From positions 7,009-71,008 of the forward strand of contig JAKAID010000002.1 in NCBI GenBank assembly GCA_021814545.1: a stretch of DNA of 64,000 nucleotides, read 5' to 3'. This DNA is from a bacterium. GTDB taxonomy: Bacteria; Patescibacteriota; Minisyncoccia; UBA6257; GWB1-50-10. A program made the position numbers and the translations under genes. Positions 8,909 to 17,084 of this stretch are shown here, one piece after another (position 1 is the stretch's first letter; every line of letters starts with the position of its first letter). The notes beneath the pieces were generated by a model. The model did no database searches. It was given only the letters and a program-made list of their open reading frames with translations, and was not told the origin of the DNA.

Positions 8909-10108
8909 CTATTCCCTGAATCGCACGTTCATGAGCACGAGGAACATAACAAGCCCGGCAAATGACATGGAGGCCGCGTAGACGAGCGCCGCTTGTGCGC
9001 TGATATACGTCCACAGCACGCCGCCTATCGTACCCGCAAGGAGTGCGGAAATGCCCACGGCAGCATTCAAAAAGCCCTGCCCGGTCGCTCGTATCTGCGG
9101 GTCGACAAGGCGCGCTACCATCGCGCGCTGAATACCGTCGGTCGCCGCGTTGAAGACGCCGATGAGCACAAAGCTCGCGAAAAGCCCCCAGAAACTCTGC
9201 GCAACGATGAGCCAAAGGTATGCAACGAGCGCACACATGAATCCAATGCTCACGATCTTCCGTTTCCCGAACGTATCGGCGAATTTACCGAAGGGAATGG
9301 ACGCGGTCACGCGCGCAAAATTCGCCACGAGATAGAAGAGCGGTACGCTTGCAACGCCAAGCCCCACCTCAGGAGAGCGAAGCACGAGAAGGGAGAGCGG
9401 CAACGCGCCAAGACCGAATACGAACACGGAGATGAGGAACACAACGAACCGCCTGTTGTCGCGCAGCAGTTTAATATCGAATCGCGGCGCGGTGGCGCCG
9501 TCGGGCCGTTTCACCTCGCGGACGAAAAGAAACGTGAGGACGCCGCAAATGCCTACTACGAATGCGACAAGAAAAATAGTGTGATAGGAGTAATACACGA
9601 GCGGAAACAATATGAACGCAGCAAGCGGCCCCAGCGTTCCGCCTATCGCATCCATCGCCCGATGATAACCGAAAGAAAAGCTTACGGTCTGCGGCGTGGT
9701 CGATTCTGAAATGAGCGCGTCGCGGGGCGCGTCGCGCATCCCCTTACCTACCCGGTCTATCGCACGAAGAACGAATACATCTCCATAGCCGCGAGCGAAT
9801 ATTAAAAAGGGGCGCGTGCTCGTGGAGAGAAGGTAGCCGAATACCGCGAAGGATTTTCTGCGGTTCATGACGTCCGAAATCCAGCCGAAAAATATCTTCA
9901 GCGTGCTTGCGATGGCATCCGCAACCCCCTCTATCACGCCGACCACTACAATAGGGGCACCGAGTACGCTCGTTAAGAACACGGGCATAATAGCCTGCAC
10001 CATCTCGGAAGACAGGTCGTTGAACATGCTCACGAGTCCGAGCAAAAATACATTACGCTCAAGCCCGAAAATCATTTTTTGCTCGCGAACAGTGTCAGGA
10101 GTGGTCAT
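8909..10108 (-). CDS. MFS transporter
   Basis: 399 aa with ~12 predicted TM segments and an MFS motif-A-like FGWISDVMNRRKSF. Confidence 0.8.
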   Translation of the reverse strand: MTTPDTVREQKMIFGLERNVFLLGLVSMFNDLSSEMVQAIMPVFLTSVLGAPIVVVGVIEGVADAIASTLKIFFGWISDVMNRRKSFAVFGYLLSTSTRPFLIFARGYGDVFVLRAIDRVGKGMRDAPRDALISESTTPQTVSFSFGYHRAMDAIGGTLGPLAAFILFPLVYYSYHTIFLVAFVVGICGVLTFLFVREVKRPDGATAPRFDIKLLRDNRRFVVFLISVFVFGLGALPLSLLVLRSPEVGLGVASVPLFYLVANFARVTASIPFGKFADTFGKRKIVSIGFMCALVAYLWLIVAQSFWGLFASFVLIGVFNAATDGIQRAMVARLVDPQIRATGQGFLNAAVGISALLAGTIGGVLWTYISAQAALVYAASMSFAGLVMFLVLMNVRFRE

Positions 10109-10584
10109 AATGTGCTCGTTGCGATGGTAACAGTATCGCCTACTTCGATGCCATACGCCTTTACCCGTCCTGCGGGCAATTCAAGCACGTAATCATCAAA
10201 AGTGCTCGGGAAAAATGTTTTGAGGTCGGTGTCGTCAACATTGGGTTGCGGGAGCGCCCACTCTTTTATGCTTACTACCCCGCCATCAGCTATCCAGATG
10301 ATATCGATAGGGAATTTCATCCCTTTCATCCAAATGCCGTGAATGCCGGCGTTATCAAATACAAAAAGCATCCCGCGATTCACCCCAAGTTTTACGCGCC
10401 CGGCCAAACCGCGCTCCATGTCCGCTTCGGCGCTCGCCACATCAGCAGAAATAATATGACCGCGAATGGTCACATTCGTACGGGGCAGCTTTTTCTGACC
10501 CTCAAGCGCAACGAATGTCGTCGCAAGACCCGCGATGATAAGACCCGCATATACGGCACGCAACGTACGCTCTCTCATATGCAT
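10105..10584 (-). CDS. DUF192 (COG1430) domain protein, membrane-anchored
   Basis: MLFVFDNAGIHGIWMKGMKFPIDIIWI is typical of DUF192. Start placed at the MHMRER methionines; the ORF track start at 10662 would overlap the upstream gene. Confidence 0.7.
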   Translation of the reverse strand: MHMRERTLRAVYAGLIIAGLATTFVALEGQKKLPRTNVTIRGHIISADVASAEADMERGLAGRVKLGVNRGMLFVFDNAGIHGIWMKGMKFPIDIIWIADGGVVSIKEWALPQPNVDDTDLKTFFPSTFDDYVLELPAGRVKAYGIEVGDTVTIATSTL

Positions 10585-10594
10585 CTTGAGTATA

Positions 10595-11074
10595 TCAGTA
10601 CTGAATACCATAGGCGACCACGCCGAACGCCACGGACACATTGAGCGATTCTTTCCCTCCACGCATGGGTATTTCCACTATCTCATCGGCACGGGCGAGG
10701 ATGCGCTTCGGCAGTCCTTCGACCTCGTTCCCCATGACAAGTACGAACTTCCCCTTTTTCTTGCGCAACGCGGCGTACGGGCGCGCACGCGGCGCCTGCT
10801 CTACCGCCACAACAAAATACCCCTCTTTCTTTAATGCGCGAAGCGCGAGCGCGGTCGTTCGTTTATATTCCCACGGAACGAAATGCTCCGCGCCGAGGGC
10901 GACCTTCGCGAACTCAGGGCGCACGCGCCCGAATCTGTCGACCGGGACTGGGGTAATGCCGCAGAGTAATATCTTTTTTATACCCGCACCATCTGCGGTG
11001 CGGAATATCGAGCCGACATTATGCACGCTCCGCACATTGTGAAGCACGACCGCAATATCTTTCATGAGAGTCAT
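10595..11074 (-). CDS. SpoU/TrmH-family RNA 2'-O-methyltransferase
   Basis: VVLHNVRSVHNVGSIFRTADGAG, GNEVEGL and ESLNVSVAFGV, as in SPOUT methylases. Start taken at MTLMKD (ATG 11074). Confidence 0.8.
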   Translation of the reverse strand: MTLMKDIAVVLHNVRSVHNVGSIFRTADGAGIKKILLCGITPVPVDRFGRVRPEFAKVALGAEHFVPWEYKRTTALALRALKKEGYFVVAVEQAPRARPYAALRKKKGKFVLVMGNEVEGLPKRILARADEIVEIPMRGGKESLNVSVAFGVVAYGIQY

Positions 11075-11092
11075 TTTAATCCTTGATGCCGC

Positions 11093-11130
11093 AAAATAAA
11101 AACCCCCGTACGCAGGATTGCGGTCGGGGG
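11093..11130 (-). terminator. Rho-independent terminator closing the tRNA operon
   Basis: Hairpin CCCCCGtacgcaggattgcggtCGGGGG on the plus strand, followed on the minus strand by TTTTATTTT. Confidence 0.5.
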
Positions 11131-11132
11131 AA

Positions 11133-11280
11133 AGTGGCAAGGAGGGTTCGAACCCCCATCTCCTTCGCTTAACTTCAGGACGAACACGTTGGGCGGGAGA
11201 GCGGGAGCCGCACTCGTCGCATTATAGAAGCGTGTTCAAGAACCTGGCGCAAAGGGCTCTACCTATTGAGCTATTGCCGT
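11133..11280 (-). tRNA. tRNA-like gene with a ~75-nt insertion in the anticodon-arm region
   Basis: Minus strand: ACGGCAA-T-A-GCTC-AATAGGTA-GAGC D-arm and GGGGG-TTCGAAC-CCTCC T-arm. A 5-nt variable loop (GAGAT) and a candidate anticodon stem CTTTG/CGAAG enclose ~82 nt. The two acceptor-terminal pairs are mismatched in my reading. Confidence 0.4.
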
Positions 11281-11287
11281 ACAGGAA

Positions 11288-11374
11288 TTCGGGAGGGGGG
11301 AATTGAACCCCCAGCCTCGCCAGCTGCGGAAACTCACACAGGGGTGGCGCGCTCTGCCGTTGAGCTACTCCCGA
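11288..11374 (-). tRNA. tRNA gene (class I arms) with a 22-nt anticodon 'loop' (15-nt insertion)
   Basis: Minus strand: TCGGGAG-T-A-GCTC-AACGGCA-GAGC-G-CGCCA-[CCCCTGTGTGAGTTTCCGCAGC]-TGGCG-AGGCT-GGGGG-TTCAATT-CCCCC-CTCCCGA-A. The acceptor stem, D-arm and T-arm all pair perfectly. Confidence 0.55.
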
Positions 11375-11398
11375 GTAACCCTTGTAAGAACTGGGCAA

Positions 11399-11427
11399 AG
11401 AATAACCGAATATTCAAAAAATGTCAA
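11399..11427 (-). promoter_or_regulatory. Sigma70-like promoter for the tRNA operon
   Basis: Minus strand TTGACA-N17-TATTCT, about 24 nt upstream of the tRNA 5' end. Confidence 0.4.
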
Positions 11428-11463
11428 TAAAAACCCCCGTACACGTTTCGAAGCGCACGGGGG
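11427..11463 (-). terminator. Rho-independent terminator after the HNH gene
   Basis: Hairpin CCCCCGTacacgtttcgaagcgcACGGGGG, then TTTTTATT on the minus strand, 3 nt after the stop. Confidence 0.5.
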
Positions 11464-11466
11464 CGT

Positions 11467-11905
11467 CTAAAATGGTGGTTCTTCAGAGGGGGGTGCCTCC
11501 CCCTTCTCCTCGTTCCGATTCTCGCGAAGGAGCCTGGGCTTTGAAATACCGTACGGCCCCGAAATGAGCGAGGTGTAATCCATAATCGCCTTCCGCGGTA
11601 CACGAAGCGCGCCGTGGTCGACTCTCCGATGGTGCGAGTTGCACGTCCATACGACCACGAACGGACAGCCGTAGTCCACGTGATGCGCATCGCCGAGCGG
11701 GAGTCGGTCGATTGGCGCATGGGGCCCCTCTCTTCCAAGAAGTTCTCGCACGCAGAAGTAGCAAGGCTGCCGCTTGATGCGGCAAGAACGGCCGCGCCTG
11801 AAGTTCGCCGGCGTATCGACATGCGCCCGAAAAAGCCTGGTTGCGCGGTCTCGATCTGCTTTACTCCATCGCTTCCCCTCTTTTGTCTTCCACTTATCGT
11901 TCATG
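11467..11905 (-). CDS. HNH endonuclease
   Basis: CRIKRQPCYFC...HAPIDRLPLGDAHHVDYGCPFVVVWTCNSHH matches the C-x2-C...H...N...HH HNH layout. Start placed at MNDKWK; the upstream part of ORF 11467..12105 overlaps the next gene. Confidence 0.65.
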
Positions 11906-12638
11906 GGAAAAGCTCCTTCTGCACGAAGCGGAGAGAACCGCCGGCGCCCACACCGTGCGCATTCACGACGATACTTTTTGCGGGACGCTCCGTGCCGCAG
12001 CAAAGCCGGCACTTCACGCACTGCACGCCACACGTTTCGTAAGGGCAGCGTACCTCGCCAGGATGCACCGCGAAACTCGGAAGCTTCATCCGAAATGTGC
12101 GCCATCCCCTCCTACGCGCCTCGAGATACCCCTCGGTCGTCTCAACGCTCGCCATGAGAAGATGCCTGAAACGCTCATCGCAGGTGCGCCACGCGTGCGT
12201 ATACCCGGTCCAATTATCAACGCGCACGAGAAGCTCGTTCCACACATCGAACGGCACCGCCGCGGGGTCTCCGTACGAACCCACCCGCACCGGCTTTCCC
12301 GCAAGCGCGATACGCGCCTCGATGAGCGAAAGCGCACGATACCGTTCCATGTGCTGCCCGTGCAGCCACGCAAGATACGCCGCGTAGCAGACCCGCTTCG
12401 CGCCACGACCCGTAAGCGCGCAATCGCCGCACACATCGTGTTCGCGCGGAGTACCGAAATCAAGCGAAGGGTTCCTGCCCTGCGGGAGCACCGATATCTG
12501 GACCATCGGTCCCGTCTTCTCGTTCACCGACTTGAGGTCGATGCCGGTCATGACGACCTGCACAGGATTCCCCGTAAAAACGGAGGGTCCGCGCCAGACG
12601 ACAGCCGAGCGCCTGGTACTGATGCCTCTCTCACTCAT
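11901..12638 (-). CDS. Hypothetical Cys-rich protein, translationally coupled to the HNH gene
   Basis: 245 aa. C-terminal cluster CPYETCGVQCVKCRLCCG. No family recognised. Confidence 0.5.
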   Translation of the reverse strand: MSERGISTRRSAVVWRGPSVFTGNPVQVVMTGIDLKSVNEKTGPMVQISVLPQGRNPSLDFGTPREHDVCGDCALTGRGAKRVCYAAYLAWLHGQHMERYRALSLIEARIALAGKPVRVGSYGDPAAVPFDVWNELLVRVDNWTGYTHAWRTCDERFRHLLMASVETTEGYLEARRRGWRTFRMKLPSFAVHPGEVRCPYETCGVQCVKCRLCCGTERPAKSIVVNAHGVGAGGSLRFVQKELFP

Positions 12639-12708
12639 GCATGCTCCTTTTGTTAGTTGTCAAAGTACTCTCCCGTTATATCAGAGCGAACGATGAGAAG
12701 CAATTCTT

Positions 12709-12739
12709 AAAAATAAAAACCCCGTGGGTTACCACGGGG
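12709..12739 (-). terminator. Rho-independent terminator of paralog P1
   Basis: CCCCGTGGgttaCCACGGGG followed by a T-run on the minus strand. Confidence 0.5.
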
Positions 12740-12755
12740 TATGATGCACGGCCGT

Positions 12756-13475
12756 TCAGGCGGGCGCGTTGCACTTCCGCATCGACGTCATCCCGACGTT
12801 CCATGCGCGGCGGTTCCCCCAGTCGCTCATGACGCGAAGACCGAACGCGTCGAAATAGCCGACAAGGACGCGCTCGCCCCCCGCGGTGCTGTCCGCGCAG
12901 CGCGCGTAGAGCGGCTCGGCGAAAATGCGCTCGCCGGTAGCGAGGAAGTGGGTGATTGCGATGTAGATGGCGATACGTGCCGACGCGGAAACCTCGCCCG
13001 CGTCCAGCACATTGAGCTGCTCACTCACCACCTTCTCGGTAGACGAGGGCACAGACGCCTTGCGCACCAGACACCAGCGGGCAGACCCGCGCTCGTTCGC
13101 GAACGGCTCGTCCGCGAGGTGGAACGCCGGGAAGAACGCGCTTGGCTGCCCCTTGCGCATCTCGTTCACCGAGATTGCGGGGACGAGTGCAAGCACGTGC
13201 GTATCCTTACAGCGCTTCAGCACACGCGCCGAGAAGGGCACATCCTGGAGCCGCGCGCGCTCCGCGAAGGTGAGCTCGATGCCAAACCACTCGTACGCAT
13301 CGATGACATCGAGCATGTTCGGCCCCATGATCCTCTTCGCGCGAAGAAGCGAAATGAGACTGTCCGACGGTCCGAAGATGACCGGCTTCAGCACCGCGAA
13401 CAGAATGAAGAGGCTGGCCACCACAAGAACCGAAAAAACCGCGAGCAGCTTGAAGACCTCCTGATACTGCGCCAT
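12756..13475 (-). CDS. Paralog P1 of an uncharacterised membrane-anchored family (N-terminal TM helix; motifs IMGPNML, CKDTHVL, WCLVR, IAITHFL, YARCAD)
   Basis: 239 aa. Aligns to P2-P5 along its whole length. Confidence 0.7.
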   Translation of the reverse strand: MAQYQEVFKLLAVFSVLVVASLFILFAVLKPVIFGPSDSLISLLRAKRIMGPNMLDVIDAYEWFGIELTFAERARLQDVPFSARVLKRCKDTHVLALVPAISVNEMRKGQPSAFFPAFHLADEPFANERGSARWCLVRKASVPSSTEKVVSEQLNVLDAGEVSASARIAIYIAITHFLATGERIFAEPLYARCADSTAGGERVLVGYFDAFGLRVMSDWGNRRAWNVGMTSMRKCNAPA

Positions 13476-13518
13476 ATGAACCTCCGAACGCTTCGAGAAA
13501 CCTGCTGTAAAAGAACGT

Positions 13519-13551
13519 TTTTAGTACAGCATAAATAATTTATTCAGTCAA
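13519..13551 (-). promoter_or_regulatory. Promoter of P1
   Basis: Minus strand TTGACT-N17-TGTACTAAA with an AGGAGG-type SD before the ATG. Confidence 0.45.
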
Positions 13552-13587
13552 CAAAACCCCCCTCGCACGATTGGTGTGCAAGGGGGT
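13549..13587 (-). terminator. Terminator of paralog P2
   Basis: CCCCCTcGCACgattggtGTGCaAGGGGG hairpin plus a T-run. Confidence 0.45.
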
Positions 13588-13593
13588 GAATAA

Positions 13594-14280
13594 CTACCCT
13601 ACTTCGAGGTCGGGAACACGCTCGGACGCGAGTCCGAGGTCGCCGGAGAAATAACCCGCCCAGTACCTGCGGACCGAGAGTCCGCGGCCGTAACCGAACA
13701 TGCCGACCGCGAGGGTGTCCTGGCCAAGCGCGTCTCCGCAGCGGACGAACACCTGTTCGAAGAGCCGCTCGCCCACCTTGAGGTAGTGCGCGATCACGAG
13801 ATACGCGACCGTCCGCGCGAGCGGCACCTGCTCGCGCTCCGGAAGGTATGTGCGCTGCTCCGCCTCCGAAAGCCCCACCGTACCGCGCACGAACGCTCGC
13901 CGCACGAGGTGCCAGGAAGGCCGACCGAAAACGGCGGCGAAGTTCTCGTTCAGGAACCAGCTCGTGTTGTTGTCGAAGAGCTTGGGCTGAAAAGACCGGA
14001 GTGCGTTGATGGACAACGGAAGACACGCCACGAGGATGTGCGTGTCCTTGCAGGCTCTCAACGTCCGTGCCGAGAACGGCACGCGCGCGAGCGCCCCCGC
14101 CCACTCTTCCTTCGTCACAATGCTGAGCTCGACGAACGCGTGCTCGGGACCAAAGAAGTTGCGCCCCATGATCTTCTTTGCGCGTTGCACCGACCCCGGC
14201 CTGAAGTACTGCCAGAGCTGCGCGAGCGCGAGCGCGGCAAGCGCCGCCACGACGCAAACGACAATGAATCCCATGTGCAC
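13594..14280 (-). CDS. Paralog P2 of the same family
   Basis: 228 aa with IMGRNFFGP, CKDTHILVACLPLS, WHLVRR, YLVIAHYL, VFVRCGD and a C-terminal VPDLEVG. Confidence 0.7.
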   Translation of the reverse strand: MHMGFIVVCVVAALAALALAQLWQYFRPGSVQRAKKIMGRNFFGPEHAFVELSIVTKEEWAGALARVPFSARTLRACKDTHILVACLPLSINALRSFQPKLFDNNTSWFLNENFAAVFGRPSWHLVRRAFVRGTVGLSEAEQRTYLPEREQVPLARTVAYLVIAHYLKVGERLFEQVFVRCGDALGQDTLAVGMFGYGRGLSVRRYWAGYFSGDLGLASERVPDLEVG

Positions 14281-14321
14281 CTCCTAAAAAAGCGTGAACT
14301 TCATTTTGTTAATGAACAAAA

Positions 14322-14351
14322 ATAATCTACCATTAATATGATTTTTGTCAA
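14322..14351 (-). promoter_or_regulatory. Promoter of P2
   Basis: Minus strand TTGACA-N16-TAGATTAT, with an AGGAGG SD before the start. Confidence 0.4.
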
Positions 14352-14382
14352 TAAACACTCCCGCATGAATTTCATGCGGGAG
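14350..14382 (-). terminator. Terminator of paralog P3
   Basis: CTCCCGCATGaatttCATGCGGGAG hairpin. Confidence 0.4.
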
Positions 14383-14391
14383 CATTGCGAA

Positions 14392-15204
14392 CTACCCGTG
14401 CCGGCGAAGCAGAAGGTCCGGCTCCCGCTCAGTCGCAAGGCCGATGCGAGAATCCGCGACATCATCACGAACGCCGTAGAAGTGGACGGAACTGTGCGGG
14501 TCAAACTCGCCCACGCACACGCGCTCGCCCATGCGGTTGAAGGAGGAGCTCCGCACACAGTAGCCGCGGAACAGCCACTCGTCCGTGGCGAAAAAGTACC
14601 CCATGATGGCGTATGCGAGGATGCGCGCGGAAAGCATCCGCTCCCCCGCCTCGACGAACTTCCCCTGTTCGCGGAGCGTTCGCCCGCGCGAGGTGGCGAC
14701 CGGCTCCCGGCGAATGAGGTGCCACCCTATCTCCTCGCTTGCGCCGCGGTCCTTCAGAAAGGACTCGTGCAACCGCTCGGTGCGGTCGAGATCGAAGAAC
14801 GGTCCCGCCACGTAGAGGCTTCGATAGCTCGCCACGCGGTCCGCGACGAGCTCCTGTATATCCTTGAAGGAAACGGGAAGCACCGCGACGAGAACGTGCG
14901 TGTCCTTGCAGTCCTTCAGCGTGCCCCTTAAGAAGGGCACCCTCTTGAACACGCGCACGTAATCGTGGGAGAGCTTCTCTCCGAAAAAGCAGAACGCGGC
15001 GGGGACGCTGAAAAAATTCTGCCCCATAATTTTGCGCGCCTCGTTCCACGAAACTTCTCCCCTGCGGCGAAGCTGTATGAAGCGCGGCACGACATACCAC
15101 GCAAAAACGAACGCGGCGGGGAACAAGAGGAACACCGCAAAAACGAGCGCCTCCGCTCGAAGATACGCGGGGTTCGTGGTCGCCTGCCTTACCAGTGCAA
15201 ACAT
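14392..15204 (-). CDS. Paralog P3 of the same family
   Basis: IMGQNFFSV, CKDTHVLVAVLPVS, WHLIRR, YVRS and a C-terminal EREPDLL. Start refined to MHMFALV, which has AAGGAGG 6 nt upstream. The ORF track start at 15336 would run through P4's terminator. Confidence 0.65.
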   Translation of the reverse strand: MFALVRQATTNPAYLRAEALVFAVFLLFPAAFVFAWYVVPRFIQLRRRGEVSWNEARKIMGQNFFSVPAAFCFFGEKLSHDYVRVFKRVPFLRGTLKDCKDTHVLVAVLPVSFKDIQELVADRVASYRSLYVAGPFFDLDRTERLHESFLKDRGASEEIGWHLIRREPVATSRGRTLREQGKFVEAGERMLSARILAYAIMGYFFATDEWLFRGYCVRSSSFNRMGERVCVGEFDPHSSVHFYGVRDDVADSRIGLATEREPDLLLRRHG

Positions 15205-15290
15205 ATGCATCCTCCTTGGGTGGTGAAGTGGGCTGCGTGTAGTGTTAAGGTACGCCTTCAGAAAACCACTTTCTTGGCCACCCGTCAATA

Positions 15291-15323
15291 TAAAACAAAA
15301 CCCCGCGCAAATAGTACGCGGGG
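15291..15323 (-). terminator. Terminator of paralog P4
   Basis: CCCCGCGcaaatagtaCGCGGGG hairpin followed by a T-run. Confidence 0.5.
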
Positions 15324-15339
15324 CAATAGGCAACACCGT

Positions 15340-16101
15340 TCACGGAAGCTCGGGGGGCTGCGCGAGTGCAACACCGAGGAGCAGATACTGCCCGTTATCA
15401 TCGAAGCCGCAGCGGATGCTGAACCCCCGTTCGCGCTCGAAGAGACCGAGGCAAACCCGCCCGTTCCCGGACCCCACGTCCGCGGTGCGCACGTAGCAGT
15501 CCTGGAACAAACGCCCGCCCCCCTTCAGAAAGTGGGCGATGACGACGTACGCGAGCACGCGCACGCAGGGCACGTACTCCTGTGGCGCAAGCGCGCGCTG
15601 GATGTCCCAGGGCTTGCCGCGCAACTCGTACGCGGACTCCTTCCGGATGAGATACCACCCCGGCCTCCCCCGCACGTGCGCGAACGGCTCCTTCCTGAAC
15701 CACTCCTCGTTGTAACCGTTGAAGCACTTGTTGATGAGGGGCACATAGAGGACCTCGGTCAGCAGCTCCGTAAGCGAAAGCGGGAGAACTGCCACGAGAA
15801 CGTGCGTGTCCTTGCACGCCTCAAGCGTACTCTTCTTGAAGGGAATGCACCGCAATGCTTCGCGCCACGACCGCGCGACCTTCTGCGGGATGAGGTCGTG
15901 GTGGAAGTAGCGGAACGCATCCCCTACTCCGAAAAAATTCTGCCCCATCACCATACTCGCTTCCTTGTGCGAAACGCGATTGCGGAGGCGACGGATGATG
16001 CCACCCGCAACGTCGCGCATGTCGGCGAGGCTGAAATACATGACGAACAAGAACGCGAAGAAGAAGATGAGCACGATGACTTCGATGAATCCTCTCTCCA
16101 T
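15340..16101 (-). CDS. Paralog P4 of the same family
   Basis: VMGQNFFGV, CKDTHVLVAVLPLS, WYLIRK, YVVIAHFL, YVRTAD and a C-terminal PPELP. Start refined to MERGFIEVIV, which has a TM helix and an AAGGAG SD. Confidence 0.7.
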   Translation of the reverse strand: MERGFIEVIVLIFFFAFLFVMYFSLADMRDVAGGIIRRLRNRVSHKEASMVMGQNFFGVGDAFRYFHHDLIPQKVARSWREALRCIPFKKSTLEACKDTHVLVAVLPLSLTELLTEVLYVPLINKCFNGYNEEWFRKEPFAHVRGRPGWYLIRKESAYELRGKPWDIQRALAPQEYVPCVRVLAYVVIAHFLKGGGRLFQDCYVRTADVGSGNGRVCLGLFERERGFSIRCGFDDNGQYLLLGVALAQPPELP

Positions 16102-16149
16102 AACGCACTCCTTTCGGGAATAAGCGCATTGGTAGTTGTTAACGTACGC

Positions 16150-16182
16150 CATCAGTACACCACCGATGCGCTTTGATGTCAA
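16150..16182 (-). promoter_or_regulatory. Promoter of P4
   Basis: Minus strand TTGACA-N17-TGTACTGAT. Confidence 0.45.
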
Positions 16183-16214
16183 TAAAAAGCCCCCGTCGCA
16201 CAGATGCGCAGGGG
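16181..16214 (-). terminator. Terminator of paralog P5
   Basis: GC-rich hairpin GCCCCcgtcgcacagatgcgcaGGGGC with a T-run. Confidence 0.4.
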
Positions 16215-16225
16215 CGGGATATGGG

Positions 16226-17035
16226 TTAGGCGAACCGCAAGTCCGGAAGCTGTTCGGCAGTGATGGAGGCAATCATGAGGCGGCTCTCATTGGGGTCGCC
16301 GGACGCAACCATGAGCCTGCTCACACCGAGGCCGGTCTTCTCGCCGAAACATCCGACCGCGACGTGCACGCCGCGCGAATCGGTGTCCGCACAGCGCACA
16401 TAGTCGTCCTTGAAGAGGCGTGCGCCGTCCGCATGCCGCGTGCGCAAGTAATGCGCAATGATGACGTAGACCATCACCCGCGCGCTAACCGGCACCTCGT
16501 CATCTTTGAGAAGTGCGAGCTGCGAAGACCACTTCTTGAACTCGGAATCCCTGATGGGCGCCGAGCGCACGAGGTGCCACCCGGCCACGCCCTTGTCGAG
16601 CGCGAACGGCTCGTGCTCGTACCACATGCCATCGCAGTCGTCACCATGCGTGTACGAAAAGAGCGAACGCGCCACCCCGCGCCGGATGTCGACGATCGAC
16701 ATCGCCGGCACCGCGAAGAGCATGTGCGTCTTCCTACAACGCTTCAGCGTCTCTTCGCTCCACGGGACTTCACCCATTGCGGAGAACACGTCGCCGTCCT
16801 CGTGATTCGGGTGTAGCCACAACCGTGTATCCGAAGGCCCGAAGTAGCGCGCGCCCATGATGGCGCGAGCGCGTTCGAGCGTGGCGCCCCTCTTCTTGCG
16901 CGGGCGGCGCGGGCTCGCATCGAGCGCGAGGAGTGCTGCGCAGCGGCTCGCAAAGCTCATAATCGCAAACGCGATAACCGCGACCACGAACGCAATACCG
17001 ATGCTCGCGCCAAGCGCGAGAAGCCGGTTTCCCAT
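16226..17035 (-). CDS. Paralog P5 of the same family
   Basis: 269 aa with IMGARYFGP, CRKTHMLFAVPAMS, WHLVRS, YVIIAHYL, YVRCADTD and a C-terminal LPDLRFA. N-terminal TM helix. Confidence 0.7.
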   Translation of the reverse strand: MGNRLLALGASIGIAFVVAVIAFAIMSFASRCAALLALDASPRRPRKKRGATLERARAIMGARYFGPSDTRLWLHPNHEDGDVFSAMGEVPWSEETLKRCRKTHMLFAVPAMSIVDIRRGVARSLFSYTHGDDCDGMWYEHEPFALDKGVAGWHLVRSAPIRDSEFKKWSSQLALLKDDEVPVSARVMVYVIIAHYLRTRHADGARLFKDDYVRCADTDSRGVHVAVGCFGEKTGLGVSRLMVASGDPNESRLMIASITAEQLPDLRFA

Positions 17036-17084
17036 GCATACCTCCGATGTAAGGGCTGTCCTGCCTTGTTTTCAACGAGCGTGT

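Noticed and set aside
8871-9236. N-terminal 122-aa extension of ORF 7854..9236 fused to GAPDH.
   Set aside because: GAPDH clearly begins at MVNIAINGFGRIGR (ATG 8870). The extension overlaps the MFS transporter gene on the same strand.
11133-11280. Interpretation of the 148-nt tRNA-like element as two back-to-back 74-nt tRNAs.
   Set aside because: Neither half has both a D-arm and a T-arm or a self-complementary acceptor. Only the combined element pairs: 5' D-arm with 3' T-arm, and the CTTTG/CGAAG stem.
11424-12105. Overlapping ORFs 11424..11822 and the upstream part of 11467..12105.
   Set aside because: Alternative frames and over-extension around the HNH gene. Only the HNH-motif frame starting at MNDKWK is supported.
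15205-15336. The longer start for paralog P3 given by the ORF track.
   Set aside because: The extension would run through P4's terminator hairpin and the promoter region. An AAGGAGG SD sits 6 nt before the MHMFALV methionine.
14965-16176. 403-aa plus-strand ORF antisense to paralogs P3/P4. Similar long plus-strand ORFs lie at 37618..38970, 39208..40404, 2693..3589, 12741..13538 and 11841..12656.
   Set aside because: These are high-GC antisense frames with Arg/Pro-rich low-complexity translations. Each fully overlaps a well-supported minus-strand gene that has recognisable motifs.
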